Assembly (NCBI RefSeq): GCF_006345805.1
Contig: NC_043012.1
Location: 16,926,001-16,990,000 of the forward strand
Origin: Octopus sinensis
Taxonomy: Eukaryota
Length of the DNA: 64,000 bases
Reading direction: 5' to 3'
This document shows positions 63,276-64,000 of this stretch, one piece after another (the stretch's first letter is position 1; each line of letters opens with the position of its first letter). Below the pieces are notes generated by a model, which saw only the letters and a list, made by a program, of their open reading frames with translations, was not told where the DNA came from and ran no database searches. Position numbers and translations under genes: made by a program.

Positions 63276-63306
<31 letters not shown>

Positions 63307-63744
63307 CTGTGTGTGTGTGTGTGTGTATATATATATAGGTATACATATATTCATGCACACACACACACAAACACACATTCGCTCATCATTCTGTATTTAA
63401 ACATTAATCCAACTCTATATTCCAGTGTCTAAGTTTCCTCTTCAGCGATAATCCATCAACTCTGATCAGTGAATAATCCTCTTTAACCCTTTTGATACCA
63501 ACTTGCCTGAAACCACACAGTTTTACAAAGCAATTTCCATTTTCTAGTGTTCTGCATTAAAACTTTCCATTAAAATTCCAAGTTAATTTATTATGTCTTA
63601 AACACCAGCTTAATTATGACAAAATTATTTGACTAAGCTCTAATTATTTTCAAGATTAATTGAAGCAAAATCTGTGTATTTCAACATAAATATAATTACA
63701 AAATAGTTAAATCACAATAACTATAGCAAATTGTCTTCCATATA

Positions 63745-64000
63745 TGTCAGTGTCGCCTTACTGGCACATGTGTGTTCGTTGCCAGTGCTGCCGGACTGGT
63801 TCCAGTGCAGGTAGCACGTAAAAAACACATTTTGAGCATGGTCACTGCCAGAACTGCCTGACTGGCCCTCATGCCAGTTGCACATAAAAGCATCCACTAC
63901 ACTCTTGGAGTGGTTGGCGTTAGGAAGGGCATCCAGCTGTAGAAACGCTGCCAGATCAGACTGGAGCATGATGCAGCCTTCTGGCTTGCCAGTCTTCAGT
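63745..64000 (+). mobile_element. Family C element running off the window end
   Basis: gagtggttggcgttaggaagggcatccagctgtagaaa. Confidence 0.87.

Overview
AT-rich, microsatellite- and SINE-dense animal genomic DNA whose repeat landscape is typical of an octopus (coleoid cephalopod); the species assignment is inference. The only well-supported protein gene is a + strand LRRK/ROCO-family kinase (LRRK1/invertebrate Lrrk-like). Five phase-consistent GT-AG exons (1593-1715, 4853-5066, 7633-7748, 7999-8087, 39567-39818) encode the end of the kinase domain and the start of the WD40-like region, with a ~31.5 kb intron and a further intron running past the window end. The introns hold at least four SINE-type families, two inverted RTE-type LINE fragments, a non-autonomous Helitron, hAT/Tc1/piggyBac-type MITEs, a 2.3 kb minisatellite and many microsatellites; nearly all ORFs in the supplied track are repeat artefacts. 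The most interesting layer is a set of Penelope-like retroelement remnants from several families carrying minimal type I hammerhead ribozyme motifs. One family couples a tRNA-like Pol III cassette to the hammerhead and also occurs as a ~530 bp palindrome; another has a recurrent non-canonical core. Two SINE tetramers with the same junction, each bounded by a single target-site duplication, also stand out.
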